Assembly: GCA_963812605.1 (NCBI GenBank) | Contig: CAWEWF010000008.1 | Location: forward strand, 1-64,000 | DNA length: 64,000 bases | DNA from: an uncultured Verrucomicrobiae bacterium | Lineage (GTDB): Bacteria; Verrucomicrobiota; Verrucomicrobiia; Palsa-1439 | Reading direction: 5' to 3' | Part shown: one piece after another, positions 44,515 to 53,837 of the stretch | Position numbering within the stretch: the stretch's first letter is position 1 | Layout: the number at the start of each line of letters is the position of its first letter | Notes under the pieces: generated by a model | Told to the model about the DNA's origin: nothing | The model's input: the letters and a program-made list of their open reading frames with translations, nothing else | The model's database searches: none | Position numbers and translations under genes: made by a program

Positions 44515-45432
44515 ATGCATGTCTTCCTGCTGCGGCGGGTCGGGTCGCTGGTGGTGGCGCTGTTTGTCGCCAGCATCGCGGTCTTCCTGCTCGTGCGCGC
44601 GGTGCCGGGGGACCCGGCGCGGCTGCTCCTGAAAAACCCGACGCCGGAAAAGATCGCGGCGATTCACCAACGGCTCGCCCTCGACCGGCCCCTGCCAGTG
44701 CAATATTGGATCTGGCTCAAGAATGCGCTCGGTCACGGAAGTTTTGGCGAGTCGGTCGTCACGGGCCGCGATGTCAAAGAAGACCTGGCGCGGACCTGGC
44801 CCGCGACGATTGAGCTGGCCGTCGTGGCCTTGCTGATCGCCACGGTCGCCGGGGTGTGGCTCGGGATTTTCTGCGCGCGCCACGCGGGCACGTGGAAGGA
44901 TGCGCTGGGAACAACCCTAAGTCTCGTCGGTCTCAGTGTGCCGGTCTTCTGGCTGGGACTGCTCGCGATGTTGCTGTTCTCGCTGGAACTCGGCTGGCTG
45001 CCGGCGGGGGAACGCGGCGGGATCGATCATCTTATTCTACCATCACTCGTGCTGGCGACGATCCCGGCGGCGTTCATCGCGCGCGTCGCGCGGACAGCCG
45101 TGCTGGAAACGCTGGGCCAGGATTTTATCCGCACCGCCCGGGCCAAGGGCGCCACCGAGCGAACAGTTCTCTATCGCCATGCGCTCCGCGCGGCGCTGGT
45201 TCCCATCGTGACGATGATCGGGGTCGAGTTCGCGTACCTGCTGGGGGGCGCGGTATTGACCGAGACAGTGTTCGCGTGGCCGGGCATCGGGCGTTACATC
45301 GCCACCGCCGTGCTGGCGCGCGACTATCCGGCGATTCAAGGCGCGCTGCTCGTGTTGGTGGCCATGGTGATGCTCGCAAATTTCGCGGTGGACATCGCGC
45401 ACCACGCGCTCGATCCGAAATTACGGCGATGA
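44515..45432 (+). CDS. dppB: Peptide ABC transporter permease
   Basis: PGDPA, LDRPLPVQY, PATIELA, VPVFWLG, DFIRTARAKG, ETVFAWPGIG, RDYPAIQG. Confidence 0.9.
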   Translation: MHVFLLRRVGSLVVALFVASIAVFLLVRAVPGDPARLLLKNPTPEKIAAIHQRLALDRPLPVQYWIWLKNALGHGSFGESVVTGRDVKEDLARTWPATIELAVVALLIATVAGVWLGIFCARHAGTWKDALGTTLSLVGLSVPVFWLGLLAMLLFSLELGWLPAGERGGIDHLILPSLVLATIPAAFIARVARTAVLETLGQDFIRTARAKGATERTVLYRHALRAALVPIVTMIGVEFAYLLGGAVLTETVFAWPGIGRYIATAVLARDYPAIQGALLVLVAMVMLANFAVDIAHHALDPKLRR

Positions 45433-46229
45433 AATCGAGAAACTCACTGCTTGGGATCGGTTCCACGATGCTCGCCGTCGTGGTCCTTGCCGCGGCGCTG
45501 GCGGGCGCGATCTCCCCGCACGGGCCGACGGAACAAATCTATCGCGACTTCGCCCTTGCGCCGCCTTCATCGACGCACTGGGTGGGTGTGGATGGAGTGG
45601 GCCGCGATGTGCTGACGCGGCTGCTGTACGGCGCACGGGCGACGCTGGGCATTGCGTTGGGGGCCACGGCGATTGCAGTCCTGCTGGGGACCTTGCTGGG
45701 AGCGGCTGCGGGCGTGCTGGAAGGTTGGTTCGATGCGGTCGTCAGTCACGTGACGGATTTCCTGTTGGCGTTCCCGTCGATCTTGTTGGGGCTCGTGGCG
45801 CTGACAATCCTCTCCCCATCACCCACGAGCGTCGCCATCGCGGTGGGCATTGCGAGCCTGCCAACCGTCGTGCGCCAGATCCGCGCGGCGTTTGTATCGG
45901 AAAACGCGAAGGAATATGTGCTGGCGGCGCGGGCCACCGGCGCGGGTCGCTGGCGCATCGCCATCCTGGAGATCCTGCCGAATTGCGCGGGACTGATTCT
46001 CGTGCTGACCACGCTCACGCTGGGTAGCGCCGTGCTCGAAGCCGCCGGGCTGGCGTTTCTCGGGTTGACGGGCCAACCCGACGTGCCTGAGTGGGGCATG
46101 ATGTTGCGCGAAGAACGCAGCACGTTCCGCATCGCGCCCTGGCTCTGTGTCGCGCCCGGCCTGGCCATCACCTGGACCGTCTTGTCCTTCAATCTCATCA
46201 GCGACGGCCTGCGCCAGCGCTGGCCGTGA
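45429..46229 (+). CDS. dppC: Peptide ABC transporter permease
   Basis: GVDGVGRDVLTRLLYGAR, AFPSILL, EYVLAARATGA, ILPN, PEWGMM, FNLISDGLR; ATGA overlap with dppB. Confidence 0.9.
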   Translation: MKSRNSLLGIGSTMLAVVVLAAALAGAISPHGPTEQIYRDFALAPPSSTHWVGVDGVGRDVLTRLLYGARATLGIALGATAIAVLLGTLLGAAAGVLEGWFDAVVSHVTDFLLAFPSILLGLVALTILSPSPTSVAIAVGIASLPTVVRQIRAAFVSENAKEYVLAARATGAGRWRIAILEILPNCAGLILVLTTLTLGSAVLEAAGLAFLGLTGQPDVPEWGMMLREERSTFRIAPWLCVAPGLAITWTVLSFNLISDGLRQRWP

Positions 46230-46326
46230 ACGGTCTCGTGAATCCGGTTGTCGAATCCAATTGTAAAACCCAAGTGCTGAATTATAGTGGATCCAGGAGC
46301 AAGGATGTCAGCCGACGGAGGAACCT

Positions 46327-47155
46327 ATGAAAGAAAAAAGTCGAACGACCCATCTCATTACCCGGAGGCTGCGACTGTTCTTCGTGGCCTGCGCACTGGC
46401 AGGTCTTGGGGCTTTCTCCGCGCGAGCGGCGGATGTGAAGCCGACCGAGGCCAAGCCCGTCATCGATCCGTCAGCGGACAAATTCCTGAAGCGCATGGGC
46501 GACTATCTGGCCCAGGCCCCCTTCTTTTCGGTGAATGCGGAAATCTGGCAGGACGTGCAGGCTCGGTTCCGGACAGCAGGTCCAGGCCGGTCGCACCGTC
46601 GACCTGCAGGTACGCCGTCCCGACCGCCTCCATGCCGAAGTGCGCTCCACCCGCCGCAATCGCGGGCTGTTCTACGACGGGAAGTCGATCACCCTGCTCA
46701 ACCGCGTCCAGAATTTCTACGGCAGCATTCCCGCGCCGGCTTCGCTTGACCAGGCGCTGGATACCGCCAGTGAACGCTTCGGGATCGCCATGCCGCTTGA
46801 GGACCTGGTCGTCAGCGATCCCTACCAAAGCGCCATGCAGAAGATCGTTTCGGGGCGCGACATTGGGCCGGTGACGGTCCTGGGCACTCCTTGCGAGCAC
46901 CTCGCCTTTTCGTTGGGCGCGGTCGATTGGCAAATCTGGATCGAGGACGGAATGAAGCCCGTGCCCCGCAAAATTGTGATCACCTACAAGGACGAGGAAG
47001 GCACGCCGGAATACACGGCGATTTTCTCCCACTGGGATTTCCAAACCAAACTGCCAGATTTCCTCTTCACCTTCGAGCCGCCGGCGGGGGCCTCGAAGAT
47101 CGACGTGGCGGAGATCAAATCCGAAAACCAGTCGCATAACAAAGAGGGCAAATAA
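46327..47155 (+). CDS. DUF2092-like periplasmic protein (LolA-like fold), frameshift near 46560
   Basis: Signal peptide; LKRMGDYL, VRRPDRL, FYDGK, CEHLAF, VDWQIWI, PRKIVITYK, FTFEPPAGA. Confidence 0.82.
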
Positions 47156-47157
47156 CC

Positions 47158-47931
47158 ATGAGATTTGCCAAAACTGATTCCAGCCAGAAAATCATGGTCG
47201 GCCTCGCGACGCTTTTGTTTGCGTTGCCGCTCCTCTACGCCCAACAGCGTCAGCAACAGGGCGGTCGCCCCGAGCCCGCACAGCGAGCCGAACCAGCGCG
47301 GAGCGAACCCGCGCGCGCTCCCGTGCAACGCAGCCAGCCCGTGTTCGTCAACCGTGACAATCATGGAAGTATTCGCCACGTGGACACGCATGTCGTCGAG
47401 CAACCTTTTCAACGCCCTGTCCAGCGGCCCATCGAAACGCGGCCTGGTTTTGACAACCACCACGATGTCTTCGTGCATCACGATGTGGACGTGGACTTCC
47501 ACCGTCCCCGCTTCTGGCACGATTTTCGGTATGGCGCGCGGTTCGGTGTGCTGCCCGTGGGCTATCTATCGCTCTCGGTGGGCGGTTCGCCTTACTTCTA
47601 CGACGACGGCGTCTACTACCAGTCGGCGGATGATGGCGGCTATCAGGAAGTCTACCCGCCGGTCGGCGCGGACGTTCCCGACTTGCCGGATGGCGCGGTC
47701 GAAATCGACGCGGGCGGCCAGGCCTACTACTACGCTGGCGGCGCGTTTTATGTGCAGACGGATAACGGATACAACGTCGCGCCGACACCGATCGGCGTCA
47801 CGGTGCCGGAGTTGCCCCCCGGCGCCATTCAAGTGGCGGTCAACGGCGGCATCGCGTATCAATTCAACGGGATCTACTACCGCCCCGTGTTCGTGGACGG
47901 CGTGACCCAATATATGACCTTCATGCCCTGA
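47158..47931 (+). CDS. DUF6515-like secreted protein
   Basis: Signal peptide, Arg/His/Pro-rich linker, three repeats of LP.G...(V/I)..GG..Y(Y/F)...G..Y. Confidence 0.75.
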   Translation: MRFAKTDSSQKIMVGLATLLFALPLLYAQQRQQQGGRPEPAQRAEPARSEPARAPVQRSQPVFVNRDNHGSIRHVDTHVVEQPFQRPVQRPIETRPGFDNHHDVFVHHDVDVDFHRPRFWHDFRYGARFGVLPVGYLSLSVGGSPYFYDDGVYYQSADDGGYQEVYPPVGADVPDLPDGAVEIDAGGQAYYYAGGAFYVQTDNGYNVAPTPIGVTVPELPPGAIQVAVNGGIAYQFNGIYYRPVFVDGVTQYMTFMP

Positions 47932-47964
47932 TCAATCCTCCCGCGAGCCGATCCCCTGGCCAAC

Positions 47965-48628
47965 ATGAAAGAACGCAAACCCGGGCGGGGATTTTTTCAA
48001 CGCCGCGAGTGCCTGCTTCCGACCTGGCGAGGATGGTTGGCTGCTGTTGTTTGCCGTCGCGGCGCTGGCGGTATTCAGCGTCCGAGGAGCCTACTCATTC
48101 CTCGCCATCAATGACCCCGTCGCCAACGGCGCGCTCGTGGTGGAAGGATGGCTGCCGGATTACGCGCTCCAGGAAGCGATCACGGAATTCAAGAAAGGTC
48201 ATCACAGCCGGGTTTTCGTGACCGGCGGACCGTTGGACAGTGGCGCGCCGCTATCGGAATACAAAACCTTTGCCGAACTTGGCGCCGCTACGCTGGTGCG
48301 GCTCGGCCTCGATACCAACGCTGTCCAAGCCGTGCCCGCGCCTAAAGTCCGGCTGGATCGCACCTACACCTCCGCAGTGGCCTTGAAAAATTGGTTGGTC
48401 GTCAATGGGATTGAGGAAACGAACTTCAACATCATCTCCCTCGGTCCTCACTCCCGGCGAAGCCGGCTTCTCTTCGCAAAGGCCCTGGGTGGGGACTACA
48501 AGGTCGGCATCATCGCCATCGAGAATCAGGACTACGACGCCAAACGCTGGTGGACTTCCAGCGCCGGCGTGCGAACCATGACGGACGAAATCATCGCCTA
48601 CGCGTACACCCGCCTGTCATCACCGTGA
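47965..48628 (+). CDS. YdcF/ElyC/SanA (DUF218)-like protein, frameshift near 48045
   Basis: PTWRGWL, LVVEGW, VTGG, DRTYTSA, HSRRSRLLF, WWTSSAGVR. Confidence 0.8.
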
Positions 48629-48753
48629 GGTGCCTGTCGCCACGACATTGGCTTACAGACTGTTGGAGCAACACGTCAGGAAAGACACAGGCAATCACCC
48701 AGCACGCTAAAGATGCGGTGATATCGGCGGTTCAAGTGCTACGAAACACAGCA

Positions 48754-49821
48754 CTATGGCGGCGGCGCAATCGACTGGCGATTAATGATTTCCACCGGAA
48801 AAACACGGTGTTGAATCCGCGCCCCGTCGTTGAGGTTTTGCAAATGCGTCGCCAGCAATTCAATCGCCGCCCGACCCATCTCCGCGGTGGGTTGACGCAC
48901 GGTCGTCAAGGCGGGCGAAACGCGCGGCGCCCAGCGTGAATCGTCAAATCCCACCACCGACACCTCGTGCGGGCAATCAATCTTGTCCTTCGCCAGCGCA
49001 TCCAAAACCCCAAAAGCAATTTCGTCATCCCCGCAAACGATGGCCGTAGGGCGTTCCGAACACGTTTTCACTTGTTCCCATCCCTGGATTCCCCCCTCGG
49101 TCGTAAAGGTGCCATGAACAACCGCGCGCGGATCGAGGGAAACGTCGTATTCTTTCAGCGCCTTGATAAATCCCTGCTCCCGCTCCCACGCATCGCGAAC
49201 GCCCGTCGGTCCGTTGATCAAGGCCAGCCGTCGATGGCCCAGTTCCAGAAGACGGGCCGTGACGTTATGGGAAGCCAGCAAATTATTGACGCCCACGGTG
49301 CTGACGTGAACATCCGACAGATCGACATGCGCCGGGAGACTGCCCCCCATGATGACGATCGGCCGCGCCAGGTCTTCGAGCTTGACCAGTTGGCGGACCG
49401 AGAGCGGCTTGGCCATGTAAAATATGGCCCCCGCGCCGATGGCCACACGGCGCATTTCCTCCAGGATATCGACATCGTTCGGGTCGACGAGGGCCACCCG
49501 GGTCTCGGTCTCCCATTCACGGGACGCGGCGACCACACCCGAGAGAACCGCGCCATAAAACTCACTGACGAAAGCGCCCGTTTCGAAAGGTAACAGCGCT
49601 GTAATCAAATGGACTTTCGGCTTGCGCATCAACTGGGCAGCCGGATGCGGCACGTAATTTACCTGGCGCGCCGTCTCGCGAATTTTTGCTCGCAAATCGG
49701 GCGCTACTTTGTCGCTGGTTTCTTTGCCGAGGGCTCGCGACACGGTGGAGATTGAAACATTTAGTTTCTCCGCGATGTCCTTGAGTCGCATGGTTCCAAA
49801 CTCTTTCATAGTAGGCTCCAT
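48754..49821 (-). CDS. LacI family transcriptional regulator
   Basis: LKDIAEKLNVSISTVSRAL HTH, NYVPHPAA hinge, LGHRR, DDEIAFG, VSVVGFDD, LTTVRQP. Confidence 0.93.
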   Translation of the reverse strand: MEPTMKEFGTMRLKDIAEKLNVSISTVSRALGKETSDKVAPDLRAKIRETARQVNYVPHPAAQLMRKPKVHLITALLPFETGAFVSEFYGAVLSGVVAASREWETETRVALVDPNDVDILEEMRRVAIGAGAIFYMAKPLSVRQLVKLEDLARPIVIMGGSLPAHVDLSDVHVSTVGVNNLLASHNVTARLLELGHRRLALINGPTGVRDAWEREQGFIKALKEYDVSLDPRAVVHGTFTTEGGIQGWEQVKTCSERPTAIVCGDDEIAFGVLDALAKDKIDCPHEVSVVGFDDSRWAPRVSPALTTVRQPTAEMGRAAIELLATHLQNLNDGARIQHRVFPVEIINRQSIAPPP

Positions 49822-49843
49822 GGCCGCGCATTATGACCAATGC

Positions 49844-50019
49844 AACAAACGATTGCAAGCAGAACCTTTTGTTTGCAGCCGATAATTTGCAGAAATTCTG
49901 TGCACACTGCAAGCCCCAATGCTATTTGGACATAGAACTAAATTATAGCATCCAGCAAAATAGAAGAAAATTGCGATAGTTGTTGACACTCTTTCCAGTC
50001 TATGCAATCATTTGCATAG
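49844..50019 (+). promoter_or_regulatory. Two LacI-type operators plus a sigma-70 promoter (module 1)
   Basis: AACAAACGATTGCA 49844-49857; TTGACA 49983; TGCAATCATTTGCA 50003-50016 overlapping an extended -10 (TGcAATCAT). Confidence 0.75.
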
Positions 50020-50078
50020 TCGATGGGAACCAGTTTCGAGTTTCAATGAGCACACATCCAGAAGGGAGACCGCGTGGT

Positions 50079-51072
50079 ATGGAGAAGCGTGTTATGGGAA
50101 TGATTTGGCGACTGTGTGTTGCCTTGGTCGCATTTACTTTCACTGCAATCGCAGTCAATGCACAAATAATCAATGGTGGCTTCGAAACCGCGGGGACGAA
50201 CTATACGTTCCCCGATGCGGGGGACGGCGCGTTCCCCATCATCTCGAACACTTTTGCTCAGAATTGGAATCCAAACGGGTCGTATGTCGCCCGTACGGCA
50301 ACCAATAGTCCGCAGCAGGGCAGCTATGAGGAAGCAGGAGGAATTGGTCAAGACTGGTACGGCATTAACCAGTCAGGCACCAATGTCTCTCCAGGCGGCC
50401 CTCTTGCCTTCCCCGTTACATCCCGCAGCGGTCAGTACTCCCTGCGAACCTTCGGCCCCTTCGGCGCCACTTGCTGTGCTGGCTCCGGGGCGGTCCAACT
50501 CCTCTCCAGCAATCAAAATGCGGCGGTCAGCAATAATACGGTTTGGGTGGTGAGCGGCTATGGCTTCAATTGGTCGGGCGATCCGCTGAATCGACGTGGG
50601 AGTAGGAACCGTTGGGTTCGGGCTGATTCAGGTTGCCTTTTACGATGTCACAAACGGGCTTATTGGTATACCGATCGATGGCCCGCATCTTGACACGAAC
50701 ACCGCGATGAACACTTGGATAAGCTGTTCAGTAACCGGAACCGCGCCTGCGGGAACGGTTTCGGTTGGGGCTTGGGCGTTGCACGTCGGTATGGAGGGAG
50801 CCTACGGTTCGATGTTCTGGGATGATATGACCATTACCAATATCGGCGTCGCCCTGCCTCCACCGCCCATTGTAACCAACCAATTCCAGGCCGTCATTCA
50901 AACAGGCAACGAGATTTGTTTCCCCACGATCACCACCGCCTCCTATCAGGCGCAGTCGAGCGATGACGGTTCGACATGGTCGAACATTACCGCACTGACG
51001 CCGGGCGATGGCAATACGGATTGCGTTTTTTCCGTCACCCATAAGTTCTACCGTGTGTCGATATCGCAGTAA
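50079..51072 (+). CDS. Secreted CBM-like (galactose-binding fold) protein with a C-terminal FYR-ending domain, frameshift near 50590
   Basis: GAAGGGAGA RBS, MEK start, signal peptide; NGGFE, W..SVTGTAPAGT, FWDD; C-terminal YQAQSSDD..W..HKFYRV. Confidence 0.7.
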
Positions 51073-51126
51073 ATTAACAAGGGTTTGGGAATACTGATTA
51101 TGCAAGCAGAAGGGAGATTACGAGGT

Positions 51127-52521
51127 ATGGAGAAGCACCCCGTCACGAACATTTGTCGCTTGGGCGCCGTGTTCATTATCGTCGCGTTGAGCGTCAGCGT
51201 TGCGCGCGCAAATCTACTGTTGAACCCGGGTTTCGAAACGGTGGGGGCGGATCCCAGTAACGCGGCCAATTGGGTTCAGTTCGGCAACGCGACCCTGAAT
51301 GGTACCAATTCCACCACGGTCACGATTCACAGCGGTCTGTACTCAATGTCGGCGGGCTTTACCGCGACCAACGCCCCAGCCGGCTCGGGAGCGTTCCAGG
51401 ATGTTGCGCAAACCGGGCCTCTGACCTACCGGCTTACCGGTTATCTGTTCAACTGGCAAAACGCCAAGTTGATGGGACCGGACGGATACTTCGTGGCGCA
51501 ACTCGCATTTCTTGATTCAAGCTCCAACTTGCTTCAGGCTGTTAGCGAGAGCCCGCACTACGGCTCGACCGCGAACCTGCCGGTCAATACCTGGGTGCCG
51601 TTTGAGGTGGATGCCACCGCCCCCGGAGGGACCGCTGCCGTGCGGACGTATATTATGGCCGTGGGAGATAGTCAGGACTTGGGCACCGTCTTTTATGACG
51701 ACCTGAATCTCTACCAACCGAGTTCATCGAGCACGGCCGGGGTAACCAGCCAGTCGGCAGTTCAAGTCTCCTGGCCCACGTCCACTCAGACCAACGAAAC
51801 CGACTATCAGGTTCAGTACGCGTCGACCCTGGTGTTCACGAATGTGATTAATACTGCTGTGAACGTGATCACCAACAGCAGTTTTGAAACGAATGGTCTG
51901 GCGTGGATACTGCAAGCCGGTTGTTCTTATTCCACCGGCTTGGTTCCCGCCCACACGGGTACCAATACTCTGAAGGAAGTCACCGCCACCACCGGGCTCG
52001 TTCCGGTTACCTATCAATTCTGTGGCCCGATAGTTGCAAATCAGGTCTGGGAGGAGGACGGCTACGCCTACAACTGGTCGGGTGCGCCGATCCACCAGGC
52101 TGGCACCCGGGCCTTGTTGAAGATCGTTTGGCTCGACAGCAACGGTGCCGCCCTCCAGTGCGTGCCAGCCAACCAGGATACCAATCTGGTCGGCAATATT
52201 GAAACAGGCCAGTATCCTGGCATTACGTCACAAATAGAATTGAGCGGCACTTCTCCGCAAAACGTTTGGACATTCTTGCAAGCCAGGGGAACTGCTCCCA
52301 CAAACGCTGTGCAGATACAGCCGTTCTGTATCCTGGTCACCGGCGCCTCGGGCCCGACGGAAACCGTGTTCTTCGACGATATCACCGCGTTTCAACCAGT
52401 GGGGACGGTTGTGCAATGGAATGACCTTGGCCCTCTCTGGCTCGGTACGGGTCTCACCAACCAGGTGTTCGACTTGATCGGCACAAACAAGAACAAGTTC
52501 TACCGCATTATTACTCCGTAA
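51127..52521 (+). CDS. Secreted protein with two CBM-like domains and a C-terminal FYR-ending domain
   Basis: Same RBS and MEK start; NLLLNPGFE..ATAPGGT..FYDD; NSSFE..GTAPTNA..FFDD; ends KNKFYRIITP. Confidence 0.72.
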   Translation: MEKHPVTNICRLGAVFIIVALSVSVARANLLLNPGFETVGADPSNAANWVQFGNATLNGTNSTTVTIHSGLYSMSAGFTATNAPAGSGAFQDVAQTGPLTYRLTGYLFNWQNAKLMGPDGYFVAQLAFLDSSSNLLQAVSESPHYGSTANLPVNTWVPFEVDATAPGGTAAVRTYIMAVGDSQDLGTVFYDDLNLYQPSSSSTAGVTSQSAVQVSWPTSTQTNETDYQVQYASTLVFTNVINTAVNVITNSSFETNGLAWILQAGCSYSTGLVPAHTGTNTLKEVTATTGLVPVTYQFCGPIVANQVWEEDGYAYNWSGAPIHQAGTRALLKIVWLDSNGAALQCVPANQDTNLVGNIETGQYPGITSQIELSGTSPQNVWTFLQARGTAPTNAVQIQPFCILVTGASGPTETVFFDDITAFQPVGTVVQWNDLGPLWLGTGLTNQVFDLIGTNKNKFYRIITP

Positions 52522-52662
52522 GGAGAATGTCCCCGATGGCGTAAAGAATGGAAGGATCATGAACGGCGGTCGGGTATGGCCCGGTGGCAATCGGGTGTGT
52601 AACGGAAACAATGGCACAGCCCGAGTATTCGGAGCAGCAAAGGAGCAGAATCGTGAGATTGC

Positions 52663-53418
52663 ATGGTAAGATTGGAGCGAACGGCGTTCACCTTGATTGA
52701 GTTGTTGGTCGTTATCGCAATCATCGGGATTTTGGCGGCCATGCTGCTGCCCGCGCTGAACAAGGCGCGCGCCAAGGCCAGGACCGCGCTCTGCGTGTCC
52801 AACCTGAAACAAATCGGCGTCGCCATTATCTTGTATGCCGATGACTATGACGATTGCTTTCCGCCGGGATATGAATGGCGGTACTGCGGGATCGGATTGG
52901 CATCTGCTGATCGGACCGTATCTGGCGAAAACGTCAGTGACCTATGCCAAGCGGCACTGTTAGTCCCGGTATTTCTCTGCCCGTCGGCTGTGCTGGCACC
53001 GCCAGCGGGCACAACGATATCCTTGACCTACACCGCTCATCGGGCGATGTTCTGGTGTGCGCCGGTGGCGTGCCACTAAGGAAATTTGCTCACGCGGTAC
53101 AAGCGGGGCCAATGCCAACGGCCCAGCGAAGTCGTGATGGTCTTTGATGGCACCCAGCAATCCATTGATCCCCGTAACATACGATGCCCAGGCCTGTTCG
53201 GATCAACTCCTTGATTCCACTCTCTATTTCGGCGGACCCGGTGCCAACAAGCCCAATCAATGCCGGAGCCTACAGGGCCAAACACCGATGGTGTCACGGG
53301 CCAGATTCGCTGGCGTCACAACAGCAACAACGGCGCTAATTTTCTTTTTGTGGACGGACACGTGGAGACGCTGCTCACCGGGCAGATCTTGCGACGCAGT
53401 TTCTATTACGACAAGTGA
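52663..53418 (+). CDS. Prepilin-type N-terminal methylation / DUF1559 protein with an H-X9-DG-type C-terminal motif, several frameshifts
   Basis: [41 protein letters not shown]; last frame [25 protein letters not shown]. Confidence 0.85.
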
Positions 53419-53630
53419 CGGAAGTTTTCCATTTGAGCCGAATGACGATTGCAGGGCGCAGTCGTAAATGAATAAGGGCCGAACAAGAAACGAAACAGCT
53501 CTCGTTCACGACCGGATGAATCTACCGACGGCTGCGCCCTGTTTCTTTCCTTCCCAAGCGGTCTTCCCTGTTTTGATCTGGTCACGTAGAACGTGGCTGT
53601 GTGAGAAACACGTGTTGCCGCAGAGCCATC

Positions 53631-53696
53631 TGTAGGCCGCTTCTGTGAAGCGGCGGAATTCATGATGAAATCGCCGACTCGCAGAGTCGGCCTACA
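53631..53696. repeat. GTAG-family REP doublet (relatives at 5587, 24140, 24825, 24873, 29499)
   Basis: tgtaggccgcttctgtgaagcggcg ... cgccgactcgcagagtcggcctaca. Confidence 0.75.
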
Positions 53697-53837
53697 ATTC
53701 GCGGCCGAGGTAGACAGGCCCTTTTAACAGCCCCGAACGACCGTCGCCGCCCGTTCCACATGCCAAACCATCTGGAGGGCGAGCCTCCCGGCGAGCCGCT
53801 CGGTAGGGAATAAAAATGACATTCGTGCATCCCAATA

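Noticed and set aside
52612-52627. Sigma-54 promoter before the prepilin (TGGCACAGCCC identical to 26830)
   Set aside because: The -12 GC element is missing (GAGTA)
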